NCBI GenBank assembly: GCA_016783505.1
Contig: JADHWK010000014.1
Coordinates: 1 to 50,472 of the forward strand
Direction of reading: 5' to 3'
DNA length: 50,472 nucleotides
From: Candidatus Zhuqueibacterota bacterium
Lineage (GTDB): Bacteria; BS750m-G25
Shown here: piece after piece, positions 28,454-37,726 of the stretch
Layout of the letters: every line of letters starts with the position of its first letter
Numbering within the stretch: the first letter of the stretch is position 1
The notes under the pieces: model-generated
The model's input: the letters and a program-made list of their open reading frames with translations, nothing else
Database searches by the model: none
What the model was told of the DNA's origin: nothing
Program-made: the position numbers and the translations under genes

Positions 28454-29440
28454 TTGGCATCCTTACGTAAAAGACAGTTAAAGCACGGATGGACTTGGGT
28501 TTTAGACTATTCCATTTATGGTAGACGCAAAATTATTAGCACCGGGACTCAAGATCGTAAGACAGCAGAGCTAATAAAAAAGGATATTGAACTAAATATT
28601 GCGAAAAGGAGATTCGATCTTTTACCCCAAAAGCCCAAGGTTGTCTTTTTAAAAGATTTTTATAAGGAATATTACAACTTTAGCAAGCAAAGAAAAAGTA
28701 AAAACACCTCTTACATAGATAAACATTGTCTCAAATTATTCAAGGCTTTTGTGGGTAATATTAGTTTAACACAACTTAATACACGAATTGCTGAAAGATA
28801 TATCTCCCATAGACTCACTAAAGTCAGACCTACAACTGTAAATATTGAAACTAGAAGCCTAAAATGCGCCTTTAACCATGCAATAAGGTGGGGATATTTA
28901 AGAGAAAATCCTTTTGCAGAAATAAAGCAGTTAAAAGTGAATTTAAGCCCGCCCCGCTTCCTTACATTAGAAGAAATAAAAAAACTCCGAGAGGTAATAA
29001 AAGACAAAAAATTTAAAATCCTCATAGAATTTTATTTAAACACCGGTGCTAGGAGAATGGAAGCCCTCACCTTAACATGGAAAGACATAGACGCTCATAA
29101 CAACACAATTATATTAAGGGGGAAAGGGGGAAAAAGCAGGAGAATACCAATAAAGAAGAAACTAATAGACTTATTGAATACTTTAGAGCCAGAGTTGTTC
29201 GATTACAGACCTGATTATGTTGACCACAAGTTTAAGAATTATTGCAGAAAGGTAGGGATTTGTGATATATCTATTCATAACCTAAGAAAAACATATGCCA
29301 GCTATTTAGTAATGAGTTATGTTTCCATATTCGAGGTGTCAAAATTACTGGGCCATTCAAGTGTTTTGACCACTGAAAGGCATTATAGCTCTTTAGCGCC
29401 TGATTTTCTTAAGCAATCAATAGAAAAATTGCCATATTAG
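28454..29440 (+). CDS. Site-specific tyrosine integrase of the island
   Basis: Arm-binding N-terminus (MASLRKR..W.LDY...GRRK.ISTGT), TGARRME, GKGGKSR, HNLRKT, LLGHSS..TT.RHY; ends 78 nt before attR. Confidence 0.92.
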   Translation: MASLRKRQLKHGWTWVLDYSIYGRRKIISTGTQDRKTAELIKKDIELNIAKRRFDLLPQKPKVVFLKDFYKEYYNFSKQRKSKNTSYIDKHCLKLFKAFVGNISLTQLNTRIAERYISHRLTKVRPTTVNIETRSLKCAFNHAIRWGYLRENPFAEIKQLKVNLSPPRFLTLEEIKKLREVIKDKKFKILIEFYLNTGARRMEALTLTWKDIDAHNNTIILRGKGGKSRRIPIKKKLIDLLNTLEPELFDYRPDYVDHKFKNYCRKVGICDISIHNLRKTYASYLVMSYVSIFEVSKLLGHSSVLTTERHYSSLAPDFLKQSIEKLPY

Positions 29441-29450
29441 CATAGAAATT

Positions 29451-29468
29451 GTTACATATCGGTAACAT
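29451..29468. other. Putative integrase arm-type site (right)
   Basis: GTTACATATCGGTAACAT, 16/18 identical to 13768-13785. Confidence 0.65.
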
Positions 29469-29518
29469 CAAAAATTTTTAATAAAATTCTATCTTTATAA
29501 GTATTTGTTTTTATTGAA

Positions 29519-29609
29519 GGAGAGGTGGCCGAGATGGCTGAAGGCGCTCGCCTGCTAAGCGAGTGTGGGGTTAAAAGCTTCACCGCGGGTTCGAATCCCG
29601 CCCTCTCCG
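29519..29609 (+). tRNA. tRNA-Ser (anticodon GCU), intact copy at attR
   Basis: GGAGAGG/CCTCTCC with G73; anticodon arm CTCGC-CTGCTAA-GCGAG; long variable arm; GCGGG-TTCGAAT-CCCGC. Confidence 0.95.
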
Positions 29610-29696
29610 CTCAGGTAGGATCGTTCCGATAGGGCCGAAAGGTGAAGATATTTGGCCATATTTTTCCGTCAAAATACGTGGGAAGGGAGATGTATA

Positions 29697-30581
29697 ATGA
29701 AATCAAGAGATAGGGTTTTCCCCTCAATTGCCCTGGTATTATTTCTGTTGGTTCCCTTGGTTGTCGCCCGGGGGCAACTCAACTCCTTTAACGCTTCCAG
29801 TCCGTCCGACCTGCTTTTCTTGACCACGGCTGACATCATGCAGGACCATTTCTTTAATCTGGGAATAGAAGCAGAATTCAATGACTATTCCCATCCCGTT
29901 TACGAGAATGAATTCCGCTACGGCCTTCTGGCAAACTGGGCGTTTTTCAACCGGTTTGAATTGGGCCTGCGTATGCCCTACCAGCTATCCTGGTATGTAA
30001 CCTTCCATCAAATATTTAGGGAACAGGAATTTCGGGATCGTGGTCCCGATGACCTCAAGATCCGGGGTAAGCTGAAGATCCTCGGTCACCAGGGGAGGGG
30101 TCTGAGGGTAGCAGTAGGTTTTGAGGCTCTGAAGACAATGAATCCGAGGGAAGAGGGCGACGAAATCTCCCGACGTTGGGATTTCGGTGCCTCCGGCGTC
30201 GTCTCTGTGGGGGGTCAGAAGTTCGGGGTAAATCTGAATGTTCTCCATACGTTCATCAATGAGACTATTGTAACGACCACCTATGGAGAAGTGGGTTTAA
30301 GCAATCTGTTACATGTAGGACTGGGAGTGCGTTTTCCCATTTTTTGGAAGATGATCATGATCCATGAGTTGGTGGTCGAACAGGCGTTTCCGAAATTTAT
30401 TGATCCCGGTTTTATAGAAGATGAGGGTCAGCTTGTGCGTCACCAGTGGCTAACCTGGAATTTAGGGGGGACCTGGGAGTTGGGGAAACATTTCTTTCTG
30501 AGGGGGGCTATTACCCTAAGCTTTCTGGAAGGGTCCTTTGACCTGGCCCGGGAACTGGTGCAGATAAGTTATTCGTTTTGA
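29697..30581 (+). CDS. Putative outer-membrane beta-barrel protein
   Basis: Signal peptide after ATG 29697 (GGGAG RBS), alternating amphipathic strands, terminal Phe (QISYSF). Confidence 0.55.
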   Translation: MKSRDRVFPSIALVLFLLVPLVVARGQLNSFNASSPSDLLFLTTADIMQDHFFNLGIEAEFNDYSHPVYENEFRYGLLANWAFFNRFELGLRMPYQLSWYVTFHQIFREQEFRDRGPDDLKIRGKLKILGHQGRGLRVAVGFEALKTMNPREEGDEISRRWDFGASGVVSVGGQKFGVNLNVLHTFINETIVTTTYGEVGLSNLLHVGLGVRFPIFWKMIMIHELVVEQAFPKFIDPGFIEDEGQLVRHQWLTWNLGGTWELGKHFFLRGAITLSFLEGSFDLARELVQISYSF

Positions 30582-30583
30582 AC

Positions 30584-30745
30584 CTAAATTCGGAAATTCG
30601 ACACTGACCGAAGGTTCGCCGTGGCGAAAAAATACTGAATTGTTGATTGTTAATTGCTGATTGTTAAAACATAGGATCAAGTATCAATCAGCAATCATCT
30701 CATTATCATTTCCATCATTTCATCATAATCATCAGCGGTTCTGAC
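30584..30745. repeat. Short-tandem-repeat/palindrome intergenic element
   Basis: TGTTGATTGTTAATTGCTGATTGTT...TCAATCAGCAATC (as at 5607), TTCGCCGTGGCGAA and ATCAT runs. Confidence 0.55.
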
Positions 30746-30781
30746 ATTTTCTTTTCTTATCTAAAAAAGTCAGGAAAATTC

Positions 30782-30810
30782 TTGACTTTTATTTTTTGTT
30801 TTATTATATT
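30782..30810 (+). promoter_or_regulatory. sigma70 promoter of the two-component cluster
   Basis: TTGACT-17-TATATT followed by AAAC repeats. Confidence 0.6.
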
Positions 30811-30860
30811 GAAAGTAAACAAACAAAACAATTAAAGAAAAAATAACAAGAGGAACAACA

Positions 30861-31457
30861 ATGACTCAGAAACCTTTGACCACGGGAGATGTTGCGAAGT
30901 ATTGTCACGTTACCCCAATCGGAGTGAAGAAGTGGATCCGGTCGGGTAAGCTAAAGGCCTACCGCACGCCCGGGGGACACTATCGTATTAACCGGGATGA
31001 TTTCCGGGGGTTTTTAGGACGATACCAGATGCCCATTAATGAGGGGTTCTTTTCCCCTGGACATCATCGAATTTTGGTGGTGGACGATGAACCAGCGTTC
31101 GTGGATTTCATCATGCAGGCGTTATCTGAGGACAACTCCCATTTCAAGTTTGCCACCGCCGGTGATGGCTTTGAGGCCGGGGTGCAGATGGCAGCATTCC
31201 GCCCCGACCTGATCATTCTGGAAATCATGATGCCTAACATTGACGGGCTAGAAGTATGCAGGCGCATCAAGTCCGACACCGCTACCAGGCACATAAAAGT
31301 CCTGGCGATAACCGGGTTCTACTATCTGAATGATAACATTCAAAAAATGCTTAAAGCCGGGGCCGACCGCTGCTTGGCAAAACCCATTGATCCCGCCGAG
31401 TTGCGCTCCCAGGTTAGAACCCTTTTGGGGCTGAACCGAAGAAGGGAGGACTTATGA
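30861..31457 (+). CDS. Response regulator: N-terminal excisionase/MerR-like HTH plus receiver domain (phospho-Asp replaced by Glu)
   Basis: LTTGDVAKYCHV...WIRSGKL.AYRTPGGHYRI; ILVVDDE; PDLIILEIMMP; KP. Confidence 0.88.
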   Translation: MTQKPLTTGDVAKYCHVTPIGVKKWIRSGKLKAYRTPGGHYRINRDDFRGFLGRYQMPINEGFFSPGHHRILVVDDEPAFVDFIMQALSEDNSHFKFATAGDGFEAGVQMAAFRPDLIILEIMMPNIDGLEVCRRIKSDTATRHIKVLAITGFYYLNDNIQKMLKAGADRCLAKPIDPAELRSQVRTLLGLNRRREDL

Positions 31458-33742
31458 AAGAAAAAATTTTAATCGTAGAGGACGAGCCGAATGTCCGCAA
31501 GTTATTATCAGACATCTTGACTGATAGAGGGTATCAAATTGATGAGGCGGCCGATGGGTTGAAGGGTCTGGAAAAACTGAAAAAGACGAATTACGATATC
31601 CTTATTACCGACCTTCATATGCCCGGTCTGGACGGGCTGGAACTCATCCACAGGGTTCAAAAATTAAGGCCCGATTTGCCCTGCGTGATGATCTCGGGGA
31701 CCTGGAGTACGGAGGAGGCCTTAGATGCCATCCGGCGGGGGGCTTATGATTACATTGAAAAGCCCCTAAAGGACGTAAGCGAGGTTGAAATCGTCGTATC
31801 CAGGGCGCTGGAAAAAACCAGGTTAATCCGGGAGAAGAAGAGGGTTCAGCGACAACTGGAAAGAGTTAACACCCTTTTAGAAAGGGAAAAGGCGAAAACC
31901 GAGGATAACTGCAGCAGCATCGTCGAGCAGGCCAATGACATCATCTTTACCGTAGACACTGAGGGGAAATTTACCTTTCTGAATCAGAAATGGGAGGACA
32001 TTCTGGGATACCGCGTGGCCTCCAGCCTGGGCCAATATTTCTCCCCCTACATTGACGAAGATGATCTTTCCATCCTCACCCGGGCGTTCACCGAGGCTAT
32101 GGGGGGCAAACGGGGCACCACTCCGGAATTTCGGGCCAGAAAGCGGGACGGCAGCCATCGGTATCTGGTTGTTAATTACGCCCCCATAAAAGATGAAGCC
32201 GGAGCGGTGGTGGGGATGCTGGGTATCGCCCGCGATGTCAGCGAGCAGAGGGAAATTGCCAGATCATTGGCAGAATCGGAGAAGCAGTATCGGTCCTTAG
32301 TGGATCATTCGGAGGACGCCATCTACATCCTGCAGGATAATAAATTCGTGTTCACCAATCCTAAATTCCAAAAATTGTTGGGGTATGGCCTGAAGGAGAC
32401 CAACGCCCCCGATTTTGACTTCATGGAGCTGGTGGCCCCGGAGAGCCGGTCCCTGATCAGGGAACGATCAGAACGGACAAAGCGGGGACAGTACAACCCA
32501 CCAAGGTATGAATTTAAGGGGTTGAGCAAAAGGGGAGAGCTCATTGACTTCGAGGTGAGTGTGGTCTATCTGGACTATAAAGGCCGGCCGGCTGTTCAGG
32601 GGACCTTAAGGGACATCAGCGAGCGGAGAAAACTGGAGCGGGCACTACGGGAATCGGAGGGAAAATACCGCAGTTTGGTGGAGAACTCCTCCGACTTAAT
32701 CTATGTGTTGGACGACCGGGGTCTATTTACCTTTGTGAACAAGGAGGTTGTCCGGTTATTAGGCTATAAACTGGAACAGGTAGTTGGGAAGCACTTCTCC
32801 GAGATCATACACCCTGACGACCTGGAGCGGGTGAGGCGGGCGTTCCACGAACGGCGAACCGGGGAGAGGGCCGCCCGGGGGCTTGAGGTGCGGTTGATCA
32901 GCGCCTCAGGAATAGTGATGGATTATGACTTTGATTTCAAGCATCTGGAGGTCAATGCCACCGGGGTCTACGATGACGGGAAGGAGTTTCAGGGAACCTA
33001 CGGCATCGCCAGGGACGTGACCGAACGGAGGAGGATCCAGCATCAGCTCATCCAGTCGGATAAACTGGCCTCCATCGGACAGCTTACCGCCGGGGTGGTG
33101 CATGAGATTTTAAATCCCCTGAACATCATCAGCGGCAGAGCCCAACTGCTGGCCAAAAGAGAGGATGTTGACCCGAAGGTCGGTAAAGCCATGGGAATCA
33201 TCCAGGACCAGGTCAAGCGGATTATGAAAATCACCGATTCTCTGCTCCAATTTTCCCGGGAGAAGCCCTCCCGGATGGGGGATCTGGCCATCAACGACGT
33301 TCTGGAGAAAACCCTGAACCTGATTGACTATGACCTGAGGCTGACCAACATTGAACTGGAGAAAAAGCTGGACCGCACCCTACCCCTTATCTTAGGGGAC
33401 AGGGATCAGATGGCCCAGGTCTTCCTCACCCTCGTCAATAACGCCCGGGACGCTATGCATGAGGGGGGAAAGCTATCCATCCTCACCCATTGGGAAAAAA
33501 AGGGGGGAGCTTTAAAAATCACTATCTCAGACACCGGAGTGGGTATCCCCCCCAATAAAATCGGAAAGGTTTTCGATCCCTTCTTTACCACCAAAGAGGT
33601 GGGCAAAGGTACCGGTCTGGGGCTATCGGTGGCTTATGGGATAATAAAAGACCACGGGGGACAGATCGGGGTAGAAAGCGAGGTGGGAAAAGGGACGACC
33701 TTTACCATTACCCTGCCGGTTCGGGAATCCGAGGATAAATGA
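31454..33742 (+). CDS. Hybrid sensor histidine kinase (REC-3xPAS-HisKA-HATPase)
   Basis: ILIVEDE/ITDLHMP receiver, three PAS/PAC units, H-box [27 protein letters not shown] and GTGLGL. Confidence 0.93.
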   Translation: MKEKILIVEDEPNVRKLLSDILTDRGYQIDEAADGLKGLEKLKKTNYDILITDLHMPGLDGLELIHRVQKLRPDLPCVMISGTWSTEEALDAIRRGAYDYIEKPLKDVSEVEIVVSRALEKTRLIREKKRVQRQLERVNTLLEREKAKTEDNCSSIVEQANDIIFTVDTEGKFTFLNQKWEDILGYRVASSLGQYFSPYIDEDDLSILTRAFTEAMGGKRGTTPEFRARKRDGSHRYLVVNYAPIKDEAGAVVGMLGIARDVSEQREIARSLAESEKQYRSLVDHSEDAIYILQDNKFVFTNPKFQKLLGYGLKETNAPDFDFMELVAPESRSLIRERSERTKRGQYNPPRYEFKGLSKRGELIDFEVSVVYLDYKGRPAVQGTLRDISERRKLERALRESEGKYRSLVENSSDLIYVLDDRGLFTFVNKEVVRLLGYKLEQVVGKHFSEIIHPDDLERVRRAFHERRTGERAARGLEVRLISASGIVMDYDFDFKHLEVNATGVYDDGKEFQGTYGIARDVTERRRIQHQLIQSDKLASIGQLTAGVVHEILNPLNIISGRAQLLAKREDVDPKVGKAMGIIQDQVKRIMKITDSLLQFSREKPSRMGDLAINDVLEKTLNLIDYDLRLTNIELEKKLDRTLPLILGDRDQMAQVFLTLVNNARDAMHEGGKLSILTHWEKKGGALKITISDTGVGIPPNKIGKVFDPFFTTKEVGKGTGLGLSVAYGIIKDHGGQIGVESEVGKGTTFTITLPVRESEDK

Positions 33743-33759
33743 ATTTTTAGGGAGTTACC

Positions 33760-36700
33760 ATGAAAGATGAAAATAAGACAAAAGATCAACTCATAAACGA
33801 GTTGGCAGAAATGCGTCAACAGTTTAAAGAGATGAAAGCATCAGAAACCAGGCGCAAGCAGGCGGAGGAGGCACTTAGAGCTACCAAGGAAGGAATTACA
33901 ATGCTAGCTCAGACTGTAGCAAGCATGAAAGAATGTGTAAGCATTACGAACAAAGAGCACAAATTTATTTTTGTAAACAGGTCATTTTTTGAAACATACG
34001 GATTTAATGAAGATGAAATCTTAGGAAAAACCAGTAATCTTATTTTTTCTCCCAATAATCCTAAAAGCCTGAGAAAGAAGATTCGTTCAGCAACAATGAA
34101 GGGTGGATGGAAAGGTGAACTCCTAAACCTGAAAAAAGATGTTACAGAATTTCCGATTGAACTTTCAACATCTATTCTGATAGATGATAAAGGTGATGTG
34201 ATTGGATACATGGGTATATCCACTGACATCACCGAGCGCAAGCGGACGGTGGAAGAACTTGAGATGTCACGTCAATTACTGCGGACAATTTATGACACCA
34301 TTCCCGATGCGGTAATCTCTACTGATATGGACTTTAACATAGTTTTATGTAACCAATCGGTTCAGAAGATCCTGGGCTACACTCCGGATGAGTTAGTGGG
34401 TAAAAAATATTTGATAATTGTACCCGAAGAAACAATTAAGGATCCAAAACGAAAAGACAGGCAAGCTGAGCTACTTGAGAAAGGCTACCTGGTGCGTGAG
34501 GATTATTATTTTAAGAGAAAGGACGGAGAAATATTCCCAGCGAATTTCTCAGTCGCTCTGATTAAAGATAAGCAGGGTAAACCCGTAGGGTTAGTGGGTA
34601 CTATTAGAGACATCACTGAGCGCAAGCGGGCGGAAAAGGTGAAGGATTCCATCTATAGAATCTCAGAAGCGGCACATTCTGCACAGAATCTTGAAGAGCT
34701 ATTCGGATCAATTCACCACATCGTCGGGGAACTGATGCCGGTTAAGAATTTTTTCATTGCTCTTTATGATCCTGCTGGGGGGGTACTCAGTTTCCCATAT
34801 TTTGTAGATGAATACGATAAAACGCCAGCACCCAAAAAGCCTGGCAAAGGGCTGACAGAATATGTCCTACGAACCGGGGAGCCGCTGTTGGCATCGCCTG
34901 AAGTGTTTGAGGGGCTTGTAAAGAAAGATGAAGTTGTGTCAATTGGATCCCCTTCGATTGACTGGCTTGGTGTGCCCTTGAAAACGGAGGATAAGGCCAT
35001 TGGTGTGCTGGTTGTTCAGAGCTATACTGAGGGTGTCAGGTTTGGGGAAGTGGAGAAGGATATCCTCAGGTTCGTTTCCGATCAGGTGGCAATGGCTATC
35101 GAGCGTAAGCGGGCGGAGGAGGCACTGCGTCGTTTAGGCTGGGCTGTTGAGTCTGCCAGCGACGCAATTGGAATGGCTGATGTGGCAGGCAAGTCCATCT
35201 ATCATAACGAGGCTTTCGTTGAACTGTTCGGATACACCGTTGACGAACTGAATACCGCAGGGGGGCCGCCTGCTGTTTATACAGATCCGGACGCAGCTCG
35301 CGAAGTGTTTGATACTATCACGAGAGGCAGTTCATGGAGTGGGGAAGTGGAGATGCAAACACGCACAGGTCGCGAAGTGGTGGTTTTTCTGCGAGCCGAC
35401 TGCGTTAAAGACGACGATGGCAAAATCACAGGTCTTGTCGGCATCCACACAGACATCACCGAGCGCAAGCGGGCGGAGGAGAAGTTGCGAGAGAGGGAGG
35501 AGAAATACAGAACTTTAACAGAAAATATCAATGTTGGGGTATACAGAAATACAGGCCCTACAGGCAAATTTATCGAGGGGAATCCTGCCATAGTCAAAAT
35601 GTTTGGCTATGATAGCAGAGAGGAATTCCTTTCAATAAATGTTGCTGATTTATATCAAAACTCGGAAGATAGAAAAAAGTTTAATGAGAAAATGTTAAAA
35701 GATGGATTTGTAAGAAGTGAAGAATTACGATTAAAGAAAAAGGATGAGACTTTCTTCATCGGTTCAGTGTCAGTCGTAGCAGTAAAGGATGAAAAAGGAA
35801 AAGTGAAATATTATGATGGTATTATCGAAGACATCACCGAGCGCAAGCGGGCGGAGGAGGAGTTAAGGGCAGCTAAGGAATACGCCAGTAACCTTATTGA
35901 CAGTTCTCTGGATATGATCATCTCCGTAGACAAAGAGCGCAGAATCGTTGGGTTCAATCGAGCCGCCCAGGAAGCGTTTGGCTATAGTAAAGAGGAGGTT
36001 TTTGGCAAGCCCATTGACATCCTCTATGCCGATCCAGCGGAGGGGCTGAAGGCTCATAAAACGACCAGAAGAAGAGGCAGATTCATTGCAGAAATAATGA
36101 ACAAGCGTAAGAATGGCGAGCTATTTCCCTCTTTCCTCTCCGCTTCTATTCTGCGGGATGAAAATGGTGAGTTTTTGGGGGTTATGGGTGTCTCGCGGGA
36201 CATTACCGAGCGCAAGCGGGCGGAGGAGGAGTTAAGGGCAGCTAAGGAATACGCCAGTAACCTTATTGAAAGTTCTCTGGACATGATCATTTCTGTAGAT
36301 AAAGATCGCAGAATCGTTGAGTTCAATCGGGCGGCCCAGATAGCGTTCGGTTACCATAAAGACGAAGTTCTGGGCAAGCACGTTGACATCCTTTATGCTG
36401 ATCCGGAGGAGGGGCTGAAGGCTCATAATACGGCCAGAAGAACGGGCCGATTCACTGGGGAAATAATGAGCAAGCGTAAGAATGGCAAACTATTTCCCTC
36501 TTTGCTTTCTGCTTCTATTCTCCTGGAAATAAATGGTGAGTTTCAAGGGGTTATGGGTGTCTCCCGGGACATCACCGAGCTTAAGAGTTTGGAGCAGCGT
36601 CAGCGGGAGTTGGAATTTGAGCTTTTAAAGCAGCACCGGCTTTCCTCTATTGGGCTTTTAGCTTCTGGGGTTGCCCATAACATTAACAATCCCTTAGCGG

Positions 36701-37350
36701 TTGTTCTGGGTCGGGCACAATTGCTGTATCGCAAGATGCCCGACCTGAAGGGTCTGGACATTATCATCGCCCAGGCTAAAAGAATAGAGACCATAGTTGA
36801 TAACATGAAGATCAAGAGCCGACGGGAGCAGGAGACCCATAAGGGTCCTCTGGATTTGAATGAACTGTTAACTACTGAACTTGGTTTTCTGGAAGCGGAC
36901 CTGGATTTTAAGCACCAGATTCAGAAGGACTATCAGTTTCAGGAGGGGCTTCCCCCCATTGAGGGGGTCTACTCCGATTTTTCACAGGGGCTGTTGAACA
37001 TTATCCGCAATGCCATTGATGCCATGTACGAATCTGAGGAGAAGAAGTTGACGGTGAGAACCCGATATGATGAGGATTTTGTTTACGTGGAAATTTCTGA
37101 TATCGGATGCGGGATAGCAGAGGGGGACATCCCCAAGCTGTTCAGTCCTTTTTTCAGCACCAAGCCCACAACAGAGGATAGGGAGTTCGGCCAACCCCGG
37201 GGAACCGGTTTAGGCCTTTACAGCACTTATCAGCTTCTTCAATCTTATGGAGTAAAGTTTTATGTGCAGAGTAAAGTGGGGAAAGGGACGACCTTTACGG
37301 TGAAGATTCCCCAGACCAGTGACCAGTTATCATTCACCAGTCACCAGTGA
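33760..37350 (+). CDS. Multi-sensor histidine kinase (PAS-PAS-GAF-PAS-PAS-PAS-PAS-HisKA-HATPase)
   Basis: Repeated DITERKRAEE linkers, GAF with WLGVPL..IGVLVVQSY, H-box GVAHNINNPL, NAIDA, DIGCGI and GTGLGL. Confidence 0.93.
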   Translation: MKDENKTKDQLINELAEMRQQFKEMKASETRRKQAEEALRATKEGITMLAQTVASMKECVSITNKEHKFIFVNRSFFETYGFNEDEILGKTSNLIFSPNNPKSLRKKIRSATMKGGWKGELLNLKKDVTEFPIELSTSILIDDKGDVIGYMGISTDITERKRTVEELEMSRQLLRTIYDTIPDAVISTDMDFNIVLCNQSVQKILGYTPDELVGKKYLIIVPEETIKDPKRKDRQAELLEKGYLVREDYYFKRKDGEIFPANFSVALIKDKQGKPVGLVGTIRDITERKRAEKVKDSIYRISEAAHSAQNLEELFGSIHHIVGELMPVKNFFIALYDPAGGVLSFPYFVDEYDKTPAPKKPGKGLTEYVLRTGEPLLASPEVFEGLVKKDEVVSIGSPSIDWLGVPLKTEDKAIGVLVVQSYTEGVRFGEVEKDILRFVSDQVAMAIERKRAEEALRRLGWAVESASDAIGMADVAGKSIYHNEAFVELFGYTVDELNTAGGPPAVYTDPDAAREVFDTITRGSSWSGEVEMQTRTGREVVVFLRADCVKDDDGKITGLVGIHTDITERKRAEEKLREREEKYRTLTENINVGVYRNTGPTGKFIEGNPAIVKMFGYDSREEFLSINVADLYQNSEDRKKFNEKMLKDGFVRSEELRLKKKDETFFIGSVSVVAVKDEKGKVKYYDGIIEDITERKRAEEELRAAKEYASNLIDSSLDMIISVDKERRIVGFNRAAQEAFGYSKEEVFGKPIDILYADPAEGLKAHKTTRRRGRFIAEIMNKRKNGELFPSFLSASILRDENGEFLGVMGVSRDITERKRAEEELRAAKEYASNLIESSLDMIISVDKDRRIVEFNRAAQIAFGYHKDEVLGKHVDILYADPEEGLKAHNTARRTGRFTGEIMSKRKNGKLFPSLLSASILLEINGEFQGVMGVSRDITELKSLEQRQRELEFELLKQHRLSSIGLLASGVAHNINNPLAVVLGRAQLLYRKMPDLKGLDIIIAQAKRIETIVDNMKIKSRREQETHKGPLDLNELLTTELGFLEADLDFKHQIQKDYQFQEGLPPIEGVYSDFSQGLLNIIRNAIDAMYESEEKKLTVRTRYDEDFVYVEISDIGCGIAEGDIPKLFSPFFSTKPTTEDREFGQPRGTGLGLYSTYQLLQSYGVKFYVQSKVGKGTTFTVKIPQTSDQLSFTSHQ
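35830..36580 (+). repeat. Recent PAS-domain tandem duplication, 369-bp period
   Basis: GACAT(C/T)ACCGAGC... at 35830, 36199 and 36568, with highly similar DNA between them. Confidence 0.9.
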
Positions 37351-37522
37351 TCAGTTACCAGTTATGAAATAAGGAGAAATAAGATGAGCGAATTAGAACA
37401 TGCCAAGGGTTTTAGAGACTTGATTGTCTATCAGAAGTCCCTACACTATTCGAGAATCCTCTGGTGAATGTTTCATCAATAAAAACGACACTTATCACTG
37501 ATTACTGATAACTGATTACTGA
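37311..37522. mobile_element. Inverted heptamer-repeat element containing a four-helix-bundle gene remnant
   Basis: The left arm CCAGTGA/CCAGTTA/CCAGTCA/TCAGTTA overlaps the kinase stop; the right arm is CACTGAT/TACTGAT/AACTGAT/TACTGAT. Confidence 0.65.
37384..37467 (+). pseudogene. N-terminal fragment of a four-helix-bundle (23S rRNA IVS/Avd-like) protein
   Basis: AAGGAG RBS, then MSELEHAKGFRDLIVYQKSLHYSRILW*. FRDLxVYQK is the family's N-terminal signature. Confidence 0.75.
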
Positions 37523-37638
37523 TGTGTGGATATGATTGAAATCAAGGGGAATGGATGGAATAATGGATGGGGGGTTAATCCCCATGTGTCGGGATTAACC
37601 ATTTAAAAACCCGAGCCGCGATCGGTCCGGGTTTTTTT

Positions 37639-37700
37639 ATGCAAAATTTGCACGTAAACACAAAAAAATAGTTGACATTGAACAAAATCATATTTATATT
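37639..37700 (+). promoter_or_regulatory. TGCAAAATTTGCA palindrome plus sigma70 promoter for the lipoprotein/EBP/kinase operon
   Basis: ATGCAAAATTTGCAC at 37639-37653 (same core as 44371); TTGACA(37672)-17-TATATT(37695). Confidence 0.65.
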
Positions 37701-37726
37701 AAAAACATCTGATAAATATAGATAGC

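Larger units (their letters stand above)
13631..29561. mobile_element. ~15.9 kb integrative genomic island inserted in tRNA-Ser(GCU)
   Basis: 43-bp direct repeats, an integrase next to attR, matching arm-like sites at both ends, visibly AT-richer DNA than the flanks, and accessory cargo. Confidence 0.92.

Noticed and set aside
13631-29561. Prophage, ICE or phage satellite call
   Set aside because: No structural, terminase, primase, relaxase or T4SS genes are visible, so it is called only an integrative island.
37570-37640. c-di-AMP (ydaO) riboswitch
   Set aside because: Only GGGGTTAATC and AACCCG match; the GCTGAATC 5' part and the CAGCTAAC 3' part are absent.
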